Source of the DNA: Octopus sinensis
Taxonomy: Eukaryota
Assembly (NCBI RefSeq): GCF_006345805.1
Contig: NC_043017.1
Span: 26,164,001-26,228,000, forward strand
DNA: 64,000 nucleotides
Direction of reading: 5' to 3'
The notes beneath the pieces are model-generated. The model made no database searches, was not told the origin of the DNA, and worked only from the letters and a program-made list of their open reading frames with translations. The translations under genes and the position numbers were made by a program. Shown one piece after another: positions 25,673 through 39,987 of the stretch; the first letter of the stretch is position 1; every line of letters starts with the position of its first letter.

Positions 25673-25726
25673 GCTTCTACAGACTGACTAGAACCTGTTT
25701 TCATTCAAGAGAAATCTTCAGGAAGC
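25673..25726 (-). ncRNA. Type I hammerhead motif (family 3) in a Penelope-like terminal fragment
   Basis: Minus strand reads GCTTC-CTGAAGA-TTTC-TCTT-GAAT-GAAA-ACAG...CTGT-A-GAAGC: a 5 bp stem I, an ACAG/CTGT stem III and a GUA triplet, with one extra A after GAAA. Confidence 0.65.
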
Positions 25727-26322
25727 TAGTTAACAAGAATTGTATTGGCATTTATACATTTAGGCAGGTTTAAAGGGTGTTGGTGGGGGACTTTTTGGGG
25801 GTAGGCATTAGCGCAAAATATCATACTTGGGGGAGTGGTCAAGGAGTCAGTGTAAATTAGATAGAAGAATAAATAAAAAAAATAAAAAAAAAATATATAA
25901 AAAATATATAAAAAATATATATAAAAAAAGGGAATAGAGTTTTAGGTAAATAGGAGATTCTCACTTATACCTATGCACATATGTATACATAATACACACA
26001 CATACAAACATATATACATAACATACACACATACGTCACACACACATATATACGTATATATACACTTACACATACATATACATATCTACACATACACATA
26101 TATGTATACATACACACACTCACATGCATACACGTATACACACATGATATTATACACACACGACCACATATACATATACACACAGAAAAATATATATACA
26201 CATACACACACATATCACATACACGCATAACACACATATCCACACACACATATGCACACACAGCACACTAGTCCCTATATACACATATATACACATACAC
26301 ACACATATACACACACATACAT

Positions 26323-26356
<34 letters not shown>

Positions 26357-26820
26357 CTACATATGTGTACCTATACATACTACACATACACACATATATA
26401 CACATACAAATACAGACCCATTCCCTAATTTAATTTATTATCTTCATTATTACTTTTGTTATCTTTGATCGCTGGTCACAAACATCTTGGCTATGACAGG
26501 CCAGTCCATTTATCTGTCTACTGGAAAACAAGCACTCATTTACTGCACGCACACTCTTAGCCGTACACTCACTCATTCGCACACTCATACACATACACGC
26601 ACGCACGCGTTATATTCATCAATACTACATCTACATACATTCACGTATATACACATACGTACGCGTACCTACAGATTCATGTCTACACTCTTAGAAGGCT
26701 AGTCTATACATATACACCAATAAATATAAATACACACACATACATATACACATACATACAAATACATCCATGATATATATATAATACATATATATACATA
26801 TTCACATATATTATACATAC

Positions 26821-26852
<32 letters not shown>

Positions 26853-27102
26853 TACATATACATACATATACATTATACATATATATATATATATATACAT
26901 ATACACACACATACACATAAACATATACACACATACACATATATACGTATATACATACATACATCCATACATCCATACCATACATACATTTATACACATA
27001 CACACACCACACGTCTACATATACGTACATATATATACGCGCATGCATACACATACAAATACATACACAACGCATAGACATATACATACAACACATACAC
27101 AA

Positions 27103-27133
<31 letters not shown>

Positions 27134-27506
27134 CTACACACACATACATATACATACATACATATACAAATATCGCACACACATACATACATACTCATAT
27201 ACACATACACGCTCATACACATGTACATGCGTACATACACACACCACACACACGCGCGCGATCCAGATATAACATAAGTACACACATGCGTAAAAGTATA
27301 AATAATCTATGCTTACACATCACACACACACACAAGTGCCTCCTTATATTCATACTTACATGCATACTCAAAAAATAAGTAAATAGTAAAATATATATAC
27401 GCGCAGTTATTCATACATGCATACTCAAAAAATAAATAATAAATTTAAGTATATGTACGTGCAGTTACCTATTATATAGACGGATACATACATATAAATT
27501 ACACAG

Positions 27507-27552
<46 letters not shown>

Positions 27553-29393
27553 TATTATATACATATACACACATATATATATATATGTGTATTGTGTATA
27601 TGCATATATATGTGTGTATATGTATATATATATATATATAATATATATATATATATTATTTATGTATATATATCTGTGTAAGTTTATAGGTATGTATCCG
27701 TCTATATAATAGGTAACTGCACGTACATATACTTAATATTTATTATTTATTTTTGAGTATGCATGTATGAATAACTGCGCGTATATATATTTACTATTTA
27801 CTTATTTTTGAGTATGCATGTAAGGATGAATTATAAGGAGGCACGTGGTGTGTGTGTATGTGTAAGCATAGATATATGTATACTTTTACGCAATGTGTAC
27901 TTATGTGTATATATGGATGCCGCGGTGTGGTGTGTGTGTGTATATGGGTACGCATGTACATGTGTATGTGCGTGTATGTGTATATGAGTATGTATGTATG
28001 TGTGTGCGTATATTTGTATATGTATGTATGTATATGTATGTGTGTGTAGTATATATATATCTATATATATATATATATGTGTGTGTAGGTGTTATTATGT
28101 ATATGTATATGCGTATGTGTATGTATTTGTATGTGTATGCATGCGCGTATATATATGTACGTAATGTATACGTTTGTCTGGTGTATGTGTATAAATGTAT
28201 GTATGATGGATGTATGGATGTATGTATGTATGTATACGTATATTGTGTATGTGTGTATATGTATGTATGTGTATTGTGTGTATATGTATATATATTATAT
28301 ATGTATATATGTATATGTATGTATATGTATATAATATATTAGATATATGTATATATATATGTATGTATATATATGTGAATATGTATATATGTATATATAT
28401 ATATACTGTAGTATTTGTATGTAGGTGTATATGTATGTGTGTTGTTATTTATATTATGGTGTATAGTATAGGACTAGCCTTCTAGAGTGTAGACCTGATC
28501 TGTAGGTACGCGTACGTATGTGATATACGTGAATGTATGTAGATGTATGTATGTATGATATAACGCGTGCGTGGGTGCGTGTATGTGTAGGAGTGTGCGA
28601 AATGAGTGAGTGTACGTGCTAAAGAGTGTGCGTGAGTAAATGAGTGCTTGTTTTCCAGTAGACAGGATATGGACTGGCTGTCATAGCCAAGATGTTTGTG
28701 ACCAGCGATCAAAGATAACAAAAGTAATAAATGAAGATAATAAAATTAAAATTAGGGAATGGGTCTGTATTTGTATGTGTATATATGTGTGTATGTGTAG
28801 GTATGCATAGGTACACATATGTATTATATATATATATATATATATAGTATGTATATGTGTGTGTGTATCGGTGTGTGTATGTGATATATGTGTTATATAG
28901 GGACTGTGTGCTGTGTGTGATATGTTGTGTGGATATGTGTGTGTATGAGTTTGTGAGTATGTGTGTGTGTATGTGTATATATACATGTGTGTATACGTGT
29001 ATGCATGTGAGTGTGTGTATGTATACATATATGTGTATGGTAGATATGTATATGTATGTGTAAGTGTATATATATGTATATATGTGTGTGTGTACGTATG
29101 TGTGATGTTATGTATATATGTTTGTATGTGTGTGTATATATGTATACATATGTGCTAGGTAAAGTGAGAATCTCCTTATTTACTTAAAACTCTATTCCCT
29201 TTTTTTATATATTTTTATATATTTTTTTATATATTTTTTTATTTTTTTATTTATTCTTCTATCTAATTAACACTGACTCCTTGACCACTCCCCCAAGTAT
29301 GATATTTTGCGCTATGCCTACCCCAAAAAGTCCCCCAACCAACCCCTTTAAACCTGCCTAAATGTATAAATGCCATACAATTCTTGTTAACTA

Positions 29394-29441
29394 GCTTCCG
29401 AAGATTTCTCTTGAATGAAACAGTTCTAGTCCTGTAGAAGC
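29394..29441 (+). ncRNA. Mirror copy of the family-3 hammerhead motif
   Basis: GCTTC-C.GAAGA-TTTCTCTTGAAT-GAAA-CAG-TTCTAGTC-CTGTA-GAAGC; U4 is missing but the GAAAC/stem III junction is canonical. Confidence 0.6.
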
Positions 29442-29525
29442 CCTTCTATATAATAATATATATCATATATAATATTATTATATATATATATATATATATA
29501 ATGTATATATATATATGTATATATT

Positions 29526-29567
<42 letters not shown>

Positions 29568-29591
29568 GTATGTATTTATATGTATATATTA

Positions 29592-29646
<55 letters not shown>

Positions 29647-30189
29647 GATACATACATATATAGATATCATATTATATATATATATCTATATTATATATTA
29701 TTTATAATATATCAAACAGAAAAGGCAAAAAACAAAAACAAAAATAGAAACATGGATTTAGTTGGGAAGAAAATCTGAGGTATAGAAAACAAGAACGAAG
29801 CCTGTAGATTCCATGGAACTATTTGTAGAATCAATGAGAAAATATTTACAAAAGGATTCTACACGAAATAACTGAATATAATTTTTAAAGTGCAACAACA
29901 ATACAAGAACAAAATCAGCAAATAGAAGAACCGAAACAACATAAACGTCGAATAATATTTTACAGTAAAAACAAATAACACAATGTAAAATGGAAAAATA
30001 ATGCAAATTTATATTAAAAATCTTTGAAAAGAAAATTTACAGAAACAATAATTGTGTGAAATTTTGAATTTCCTTTTAATCGCATCTGCAGTTGATGTAA
30101 CAGATGCAAGCGTAGCTACAAGTTGCAAGTTCAGGTGTTTGTTATTTTTTATACATAATTCTAGAAGGTTTTTTTTTTGTAATTTCTCA

Positions 30190-30580
30190 TTATTATTGAT
30201 TTTATCATTATTATCATTAGTTTCTTTTATTCTTCTTATTCTTGTTATTATTGTTATTATTATCGCTGTTGTGATTGTTATTACAATTGTTATTACAAAT
30301 TCTTCTTCTTCTTCTTCTTCTTCTTCTTCTTCTTCTTCTTCTTCTTCTTCTTCTTCTTCTTCTTTCTTCTTCTTTCTTCTTCTTCTTCTTCTTCTTCTTA
30401 TTATTATTATTATTATTATCATTATTATCATTATAATTATGATTATTATTATTATCATTATTATCATTATTATTATCATTATTATCATTATTATTATTAT
30501 TATCATTATTATCATTATTATTATTATTATTATCATTATTATTATTATTATTATTATCATCATTATTATTATTATTATTA

Positions 30581-30660
<80 letters not shown>
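30190..30660. repeat. (TTC)n/(TTA)n/(TCA) compound microsatellite
   Basis: Directly visible. Confidence 0.95.
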
Positions 30661-31421
30661 GTCCCTCTTTTCGTTCAGAGTTCAATTTCCGAATAGATCG
30701 ACTTTGCCTTTCATCACTTTCGAGCGCAGGGGTTGATGTAATGAACGGGCACCACCCTCAAAATTGTTGAACTAGTGTTAAAATTTGAAATCATCATCAC
30801 CATCTTTAGTATTATTATTAGTATTATTATTCCTTGAATTCTGTTTGCATTTGTTGCCGAGTGTCATCCTGACACCTAGGACAGAGAAGCCATTTGTTTC
30901 GCCCTGTTTATTCCGTTGGTGATTTTTATAGAACTCTAATCCGTTTTCAACACATATACGTGAGTGTGTGTTTGTGAGCGTGTGTGTATATATATATATG
31001 TATATATTGATACATATATATATACAAATATATATATGGATGGATCGATGGATACGTATCTATGATATATAATTGTATTAATAACATACACACACACTCA
31101 CACACACACACACGTGTATATTCATAAATGAATATATGCAATTGTCAGCATATATATTACACTGTCGGTAGTGTTGATGTATTTAGAATGTCCTTGAAAT
31201 GGATAAAAACAAACCATCGAAAAGAACTGGTGATAATTATATTTCAATTGTTCGGTGTGTCGACCTGAACGAAAATGATTAAGAAGAAACAATATCTAAA
31301 CGCATCGCCATATACTTGAACTGTATGGATAATCGTATTGCTCAAGTAACGCAACAAAATAATTTGTCATAAATACATATTTAGTCACATGAAGAGAAGT
31401 ATTTGTGAAATGCAGCTACCT

Positions 31422-31455
<34 letters not shown>

Positions 31456-31496
31456 CTATCTATCAATCAATCTATCTATCTGACTATCTATCTACA

Positions 31497-31553
<57 letters not shown>

Positions 31554-32369
31554 ATCCGTCTATCTATATATGTATCTATCTATCTATCTACTTACCTATC
31601 AATCTATCAATCTATCTATACATCTATAAATATATATATGTGTGTGTGTATGTATATATATATGTATTTATATGTATATATATGTATTTCTGTGTAAATG
31701 CACGTACAAAATTACATAATTTATACACAAATATATATGTGTATACATATATGTATGTGTGTGTGTGTGCGTGTGCGTGCGTGTTATATGATATATAAAT
31801 ATGCAGGTTATTCATACGTGTGTATATATATATATACGCGCGTGCAGGCGTACGTTTGTGTATGTGTGTATGTATGTATGCTGCGAAAGAAAAGATGCAT
31901 GTAACGAAATGCATTTCGTTATTAATTGAATTTTATACAATCCATGTAGTGTAAACATCGATACATGTGCTTATGTGTATTTAGGATTGATACACGCGCG
32001 CACACAAACCTATACGTGTATATATATATATATATATATTATATATATGTATATATAATATATATATATATAGATATATATATATATATATAAATGTATG
32101 TACGTATATAAAACATTGAAAAGAACTGTTGATATTATATTAGTTATAGAAATTCTGAATGTCAAGTGTACAATGTTGACAACTGTGTAGCGGGGCGTAT
32201 TGGATAACGGAAACAATTTTAATCTAATCTATTTAACTAACACCTAATAGAAAAGGAATAAAAAAATATATAACAATGTAATATTACTCTTGTTGAATAT
32301 TTTGTACAAGCTTGTTTAATTAGTGAGTGAAATTCTCTCTCCTTATTCGTATAGACTGTTTATTAATAT

Positions 32370-32392
32370 TATTAATGATATTATTATTATTA

Positions 32393-32449
<57 letters not shown>

Positions 32450-32467
32450 CATCATCATCAACATTAA

Positions 32468-32519
<52 letters not shown>

Positions 32520-32529
32520 ATTTTTAATC

Positions 32530-32572
<43 letters not shown>

Positions 32573-32628
32573 TATTATTATCATCATCATCATTGTTATT
32601 ATTATTAATATTATTATTATTATCATCA

Positions 32629-32680
<52 letters not shown>

Positions 32681-32694
32681 CATCATTATTATTA

Positions 32695-32728
<34 letters not shown>

Positions 32729-32751
32729 CACCATCATTATTATTATTATTA

Positions 32752-32789
<38 letters not shown>

Positions 32790-32877
32790 GTTGTTGTTGT
32801 TGTTGTTCTTGTTCCTGTTGTTGTTCTTCTTATGATTATCATCATTATTATCATTATTGATGTTGTTGTTATCATCA

Positions 32878-32922
<45 letters not shown>

Positions 32923-32975
32923 TATTATTAGTATTAGTATTAGTATTATTATTATTATTATCATTATTGTTATTA
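32370..32975. repeat. (TTA)n-dominated microsatellite
   Basis: Directly visible. Confidence 0.95.
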
Positions 32976-33693
32976 TTTGGGATGTTTCTAATTAGCATGA
33001 GCAATATGTGTCATGGGAAATTTTGAAAGAAATGTGTGGACACTTGTAAGAAAAATAATCTTAGTCGAAATTGAGTACTGAACATGCAAACGAGAAAATG
33101 AGCAAATATTATAATAGAACATGAAAAATTGTGGTTCGAAAATATATAAAATAAAATATTTTAAACCCTGAAGCATTACTGTTGTTAAAACTTGTGTGAA
33201 ATTAAAAAAATTAGTGGCTAAAAGAAGATATATTATTTTCTAAAGATTTTTTTATGTTTTAATGTACGTCCCCTGAATAGCTTTAAATGTGTTTGCCATT
33301 TAAGACGATGATAAACAACTGAAGAATTTTTTGCATTTACTTCTTCCAGTGTTTGAGCTACCGACCAGCTGGGGTGCCTCCTTAAATGGTTGCATCGCAT
33401 ACATCTGCCCAATCATTCGCCTTTTAAGCACTGAATATATTCTGTCTATCGCCTTTACAAAACGTCTTATTATGGGCAACCTTATCCGGTACCCTCTTAA
33501 CTGAACGCTTCCTTTATCGTGATGTTGTTCACTGGTACGGTCTCGGGATTGTGCTTCAAATAATTTAGGTTCAAACCCAGTGGTTTTCATTATAATTTTG
33601 AGTATTGTGTCTATGTATATATTTTCACGATAATGGACCACTGCAATCTACAAGTTTCTTTTCATTTTCCCTCTGTTTATTTTCTCTTATTCC

Positions 33694-33727
33694 TTTCTGT
33701 TGAAGAGCGTAGGCTCGAAACATAAAA
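33694..33727 (+). ncRNA. Variant hammerhead-like motif (family 2, CTGTTGA core)
   Basis: TTT-CTGTTGA-A-GAGC-GTAG-GCTC-GAAA-CA-TA-AAA; A6 is replaced by U and the stem III palindrome is broken (ACAT). The fragment ends at (TA)n near 33824. Confidence 0.45.
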
Positions 33728-35950
33728 TAATTTTTCATTTTTCTCAAGCGTCAAACTAATACACTTGCTTGTTGTACATGCACTCGTCTTCGTCGATTGT
33801 TTTTTTTCTATAAATTTCAACTGTATATATATATATATATATATATACGCAACATATGTAAACAAACATTCAGTTTGGTTTTTAAAGGAGTCCAACCTGT
33901 ATCGTATTATACAGGCAAGAAGCTAATGTTTCGAACGCAATACAGCTGCGAACACAGCAGAAAGATCGGGTGTCATTACTCTTATAAAGCGGAAAAGGTT
34001 TGCCACACGACAGCGACGAGACTGGAAAGTCAATTTTCGTAAGAAAAATACGCGCCATTTTATTTTAAATTTTTGGCCACCGAGAGAACCCGATATTCGT
34101 AGTTGGAAAAACTGCACAGAAAATTACGATGACTTATCTATATTCTACCGCTTTTTTCAAATAAAAATCCCTCAATCCCTCACGTATTCTGCTAACTCTG
34201 TGAAATTTGAAGATCTAACGATTATTTAGCCTTTCGAATATTATCTAGTTCCTATTAAGAATAATCTATATTGTCAATACTAGGTACTGGAATGGATTTT
34301 CGTGCGAAATTCCAGTCTTTTGATATTCTGGTAGAATATTACTTCAGAAGGGAAGAGAAGGAAATTGATCGTAAGAAAAGAATTTAAATTTTGTTTGAAT
34401 AGGTAAATGTCCTCTACACATTAGAGGAAACTTACTTCAGACGCTTGAAGAATTCTTCTTCTTACACGAGCAAAAGTATCGTAGATGTCAGCTTAGCATC
34501 ACACAAGCTTTTGTGAAGTGGGACAATAAATTGACGACTTCGAAATTCAGAAATTAAATTTCCTGTATTTATCGTGTCTAAAAATGTAAAACTGTTTTCG
34601 TCTCTTAAATACAGAACTGTATCAAGTAAAACTTTGTTTCTAAACATACAAGTGACAATATTCGTAATAAATTTAATTATCATTTGGTATTTTCATAAGT
34701 TACCATATCAAGTAGTTAAAAAAATACAATATACACACTTAAACACGCCCACGCTCAAATCTATCTGTAAGTTATTACTCAACAAGAATAGAATTGGCAG
34801 AGATTTTGGATTTTTGGCTAGCTAAGTCATCTTGCTGCGATATATTTGAGTTTGTGTTTATTGTTAAAGGATAATTGATTTGTACCGAACCAAATGATTT
34901 TGAAATACTTCACGTAGAACCGTTTTTATTATACAGGGTTAGTCAACGTCACCTGGCAGTAAATCCAGGCTTAAAACAAAACATTATTTTACTTATGAAC
35001 AAATCAGGTTACATTCTGAAATTTGAGTCTGATAATGTTGTAATCATCAAACCCTCCATACGACAGAATAGACCAAAGAATATGTAGAAGAAACACACTT
35101 ATAATGCTTGATTAATTGGGTTTCAACTATTCAGAATTAATATGCTTCCGTGTTAGAGTTTCTCCGATGGGTGCAGAATAAAGAAAATCTTGATTTTCCT
35201 TGATTAAAGAATTATTCTTGATGGAAGTATGTCGTATCAAACAAAATAGTTTCTGATATTGCCATAAATGTTTTAACCAATATGAGTTTTTCCGGCGATA
35301 GAAGGAAGGGAAATTACTGATTTATTTGATTAAGTTTGAAAGGGTTTGGTGCAACAAAAGGTCCGCTCCGCCTCTGCGATGTACCTGGTTACGGGCTACC
35401 AAATCTCAATAGAATAATTACCAAGAGATATTTATCTCCAATCAATGGCTGGCTACCAGAAATTGTTCGATTCTCTCATTAACTTATCAAGATGAAATTT
35501 CAGTTCATGCTTGTGCGGTCTGCAATGAGCAGTTTGTGGGAAATATCCATTTAGGAAATCTAACTGCGGTAAATTGCCAGGGCACAAAATATCTCAATTG
35601 TATTTGTTCTCTTACGTTATCTTATTACGCGTGTCTTTCTACATTGCAGTGTCTCTGTAAACCATTAAACATTCCGAACATAGTTGATATCTATAAATGC
35701 ACCTAATAGTAGTGAATACACAACTTTCAAAATCAAAGACTTGGAATATATATGGCCATCCATACAGGTATAAAAACAGTCGACAAATTTTTATGTTCAC
35801 GCGTAGTAACAATCATAGTTAAAAACATGTACACCATCTACTTGTAGTACAAAAAGGTATATAACTGCATCCAAATGTTCGTGTACCTTGAACTCTTGAT
35901 GATCTAACTGGTCACGAGTAGTCTAGTGGTGTATAAAAATAACACGCTGC

Positions 35951-36450
35951 CGAAGGGGTGACTGTGTGGTAACAAGCTGGCTTACCAAATATATGGCTCC
36001 GGGTTCAGTCCTACTTCGTCTCATGTTGTGCAGGTGTCGTATACGATAGACTCGGGCTGATCGAAGTGTTGTACAACTGTGGATTGACTTGGTAGACAGA
36101 AACTGAAAAACCGCCGTGTGCGTGTGTATACACACACACAAACACATATAAACTTTTATGTACCTATGTATATTATATGACCACATATACAAAAACACTC
36201 CCAGAAGGACAGACACACACACACACACACGTACAACCGCCCCACATATGTATATTAGATAGATAGATAGGCATGTGTGTGCATCTTTGTTCTTGTATTT
36301 CACCCAATTCGTAGCCGGTGTTCGTGTGTTTACGGCTTTGTGATGTAGCGTTAATAGATGTGACAGGTTTTAAAAAACACTGAGTTCGATTCGTTCGACT
36401 AAAATTCCTCAAGGTGGTCCCTGAGCATCGCAGAGGTACATCACAGTGAA
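35951..36450 (+). mobile_element. SINE family B, old degenerate copy
   Basis: GTGACTGTGTGGTAACAAGCTGGCTTACC...GGGTTCAGTCC...GGTAGACAGAAACTGAAA, colinear with family B. Confidence 0.7.
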
Positions 36451-37456
36451 ACATGTAAAAAAGACAATCGGTTTTTACTGTATGATTTTATGTCGTTTAG
36501 TAATATGTAAAACAGTCAACCGAGAGAAGATTGTAATGGTTCTCATTGGTAAGCCAACTTGTTACCACACATCCCTACCTTTTGTAACCCTGTTATTTTT
36601 GTACACCACTAGACTACTCGTGAGCTGTTGGATCATCAATAATTCAAGGTAACCCCAAAAAACCGCGTATCTCCGGAATCCGTGGTCCGATTCACGAAAA
36701 ACTTTTGTTATTCATATTTCAATGGTACTTTACTTTCAAAGAATTTTTGCCATTATACGCTGGTTTGACTATATATAAAGGTATCCACCAAAAAGATATG
36801 CTTCTAAGGATTTGCTAAAAGAATTAGCTATGGAAATTTAGAAATTTATTCGGGACATATCGAAAACTGACCATCGATGGGTTGCACATCAGCTGAAAAA
36901 AGTTTATAAATCATCACAAGATATTATTAAGTAAATGTTTTAAAAAAAGATTTGTATGTAATGTAGTCCCGGACACACAGGTAAAATGTACGTAGAAATC
37001 AATTTCTTCATACTTATTCTTATTCAGGTTTTAAGCAGGTCTCTAAACAAGAAAATAGTTTTAAGTTAATCTATAATCATAAAGCATGTTTGTGTTGTAG
37101 ATGATCGTAGCTTCTCGATTGATCATCTGTATAACTGGTTTGCAGCTCTGAAGCTGTATGTTTCATGATGAATAATTTTATCCGTGAGTGTCCTTTAAAA
37201 TAATGCGATGCTTAACTTCGAATTCATTCTATCTTGGAAAAACGTTTATCAAAACTATAATCCGTAGTCGTGTTTCTTAGTCGTGTAAATCATCCGTTGA
37301 CACAGCGATCAAACTGTTCATGAGTTCCGATTCAATTAAAACTTATCGAAGATGTCTATAAATATCATGATATTTATTGTTACTTCAGCAGCATGAATTG
37401 TGATAGTATCATGGGAAAATATATATATATTTAGGCCCACTAGTAATCATATGTGT

Positions 37457-37626
37457 TGTTATATAATGTGTACAAGTTATATTGTTATATAATGTGTACA
37501 AGTTATATTGTTATATAATGTGTACAAGTTATATTGTTATATAATGTGTACAAGTTATATTGTTATATAATGTGTACAAGTTATATTGTTATATAATGTG
37601 TACAAGTTATATTGTTATATAATGTG
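37457..37626. repeat. 26 bp minisatellite, 6.5 identical units
   Basis: Unit TGTTATATAATGTGTACAAGTTATAT repeated in perfect register (unit starts 37457, 37483 ... 37613). Confidence 0.97.
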
Positions 37627-37872
37627 GTTATAATATAGTTATTGGAGATTATGGACACAAGTTTGCGTACGGGCGGTGTACGGACAGGATTGTTAGCACA
37701 GCAGACAAAAGACTTAGCCGTGTGTCATCTGTCTTTACAAGCGATAATATAAGAACCAGTCGATAACACAGAAGCATCAGTTGATTGCTGGGGTCGATGT
37801 TATCGACTCACCCCATTCCCGCTATTTCCTGGCGCTGTGTCAATATTTGAAACCAACGTATTTACTGCCTGC

Positions 37873-38106
37873 AGGCGTTGTGCTGGCAGAAACGTTAGCA
37901 CGCCGGGCGAAATGCTTAGCGGTATTTCGTCTGTCGTTACGTTTTGAGTTCAAATTCCGCCGAGGTCGACTTTGCCTTTCAACCTTTCGGGGTCGATTAA
38001 ATAAGTACCAGTTACGAACTGGGGTCGATATAATCGACTTAATCCGTCTGTCTGCCCTTGTTTATCCCCTCTATGTTTAGCCCCTTGTGGGCAGTAAATA
38101 AATAAG
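37873..38106 (+). mobile_element. SINE family C (Meta/Nin-like conserved domain), full length
   Basis: GCTGGCAGAAACGTTAGC head, GAGTTCAAATTCC B box and GCCTTTCA.CCTTTCGGGGTCGAT.AAAT.AGTACCAG central domain. Further fragments lie at ~37670-37830, 38107-38280 and 38500-38600. The domain name is from memory. Confidence 0.85.
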
Positions 38107-39268
38107 AATTATTAGCATGGTGGGCAAAAGTCTTAGCAGCATTTCATCTGTCTTTACGTTCTGCGTTTAAATGCCCACGGGTTCAACTTTGCCTTTCATT
38201 CGGTCAGGGTCAATAAAATAAATACCAGTTGAACACTGGGGTCGGTGTAATCGATATACCCCTCTCCCGAAAGTGTTGGCCTGTAAAGATTGGGACAGTG
38301 AGTGCCATATTTTATCTTAGGTTTGAATTATTTCACGGGATATTGAATGAGAATGTCGAGAAGTTAGAAAGATAGCATACGATTTTGCTTATTGTTCGTA
38401 GCTCCACCGACATCTCACTAAATAGAAAGAGGCATTACGTTATCTTTAAACATAATTATTTCATATTTTCCATGTAAAAGAATATTTTAAATCCCACAAA
38501 CGATTTTGCCTTTCATTCTTTCGAGATCGATAAAATAAGTACCAGTTGAAAACTGGGGTCGATGTAATGGATTTGACCTTCATCCGAAATTGCTGGCTTA
38601 ATGCCGGCAAAATGGGGCCAGATTATATTTCAGGATTGAATTATTTTGTGAGATATTCTAAAGGCATTTTGAAAAGTTAGAGGGTCGGCACAAAGTCTCG
38701 TTTATTGCTGGTAGCGCCACTAGCATCCCACGAAATAAAATGATGCATTTCGGTATTTTAAAACATAATTATATCATATTTTCCATGTAAAAGATTTCAA
38801 AACCCACAACATATATTTAAACTCATGTATACACACTACTTTAACTCAAGTTTCCAACTGGACAACATAAACGAATATAACAGGAATATAAGAAACAATT
38901 GAAGCTATTTCTCTCAAAACATAGTTTTCGACATTAAAGTATAATTTTATCATACGTATTAAAGAATAAAACGAGAAAAAAATTGCTCTGGAGAGACAGA
39001 AGCAGACGGATATTATGTTTCCAGGTTTATGTAAAACATGGAAAGTAAATTAATCTTGTCATTATTTATTTTCCAGAATGGAATATAATGCTATACATCA
39101 AATAAGAAACATTAAATTTTCTCTCGGCTAATTCCTTCTGCACATCGGCAAGAATTCAAACACCATTAATATGTCTTGTATATATAAGAGACGTTGTTTT
39201 TAGTTTTATTATGGAAATATGTTTACGAACAATATTTTTACTGGCATTATTATAAGGGATAATAAACC

Positions 39269-39448
39269 GGCGAGCTGGCAGAAACGTTAAGCACGTCGGG
39301 ACAAATGCTTCAGGGTATTTAACCCGTCGTTACATTCTGAGTTTAAATTCAGCGAGGTTGACTTTGCCTCTCATAATTTCTCGGTCAATAAATTAAGTAC
39401 CAGTTACACAATTGGGTCGACTGCAATCGACTAATCCCCTCCCTTGTG
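39269..39448 (+). mobile_element. SINE family C, degenerate
   Basis: Colinear with 53821-54050. Confidence 0.8.
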
Positions 39449-39925
39449 ACTTTCATAGAAATGATTTATTATAAGGGAATGTATACGTCTTCTGTTCTTG
39501 TTTCTGTTTGTGTTCTGTTTAGACTAATGGGGTCAGTACATGGCGGAAAGCCTGAACAGTCGGAAGGTTCCCGATTGCACATGTTCAGAGGAGAAATGGG
39601 GAAATATTTTGTAGGTTGCCACTAGCGACGAGATGGTACAAGAATGATGAGTGACTCCAGGAACGTTACTATTGATTGGTAGAAACATTTGCTTCAATAT
39701 AAAAGCCTGTGGTACACACACACACTCATACATACACAGGCATATATATATATATACTCACACACCATACTTATACCAAAGGCTCACTAGTGGCCATTGA
39801 TCGGTTACGTGAAAGAACGAGTAACATTTTATCAAATATTTTCAGGTTCAGAGAACACACACACACACACACACACACAAACAAACAAACACACACACAG
39901 ACACAGACACACACACACACACACA

Positions 39926-39984
<59 letters not shown>

Positions 39985-39987
<3 letters not shown>

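Larger units (their letters stand above)
25657..29456. repeat. 3.8 kb fold-back inverted duplication (arms ~25657-27510 and ~27670-29456)
   Basis: Unique anchors are mirrored: 25661-25970 vs 29160-29456, 26410-26710 vs 28475-28770, and 27340-27510 vs 27670-27850. The spacer is (TA)-rich. Confidence 0.95.

Noticed and set aside
36780-36920. RWVAHQL resembling the mariner WVPHEL motif
   Set aside because: A single short motif with no DDD domain or TIRs nearby.
37457-37626. Possible CRISPR array
   Set aside because: Units are contiguous with no unique spacers, there are no cas genes, and the context is eukaryotic.
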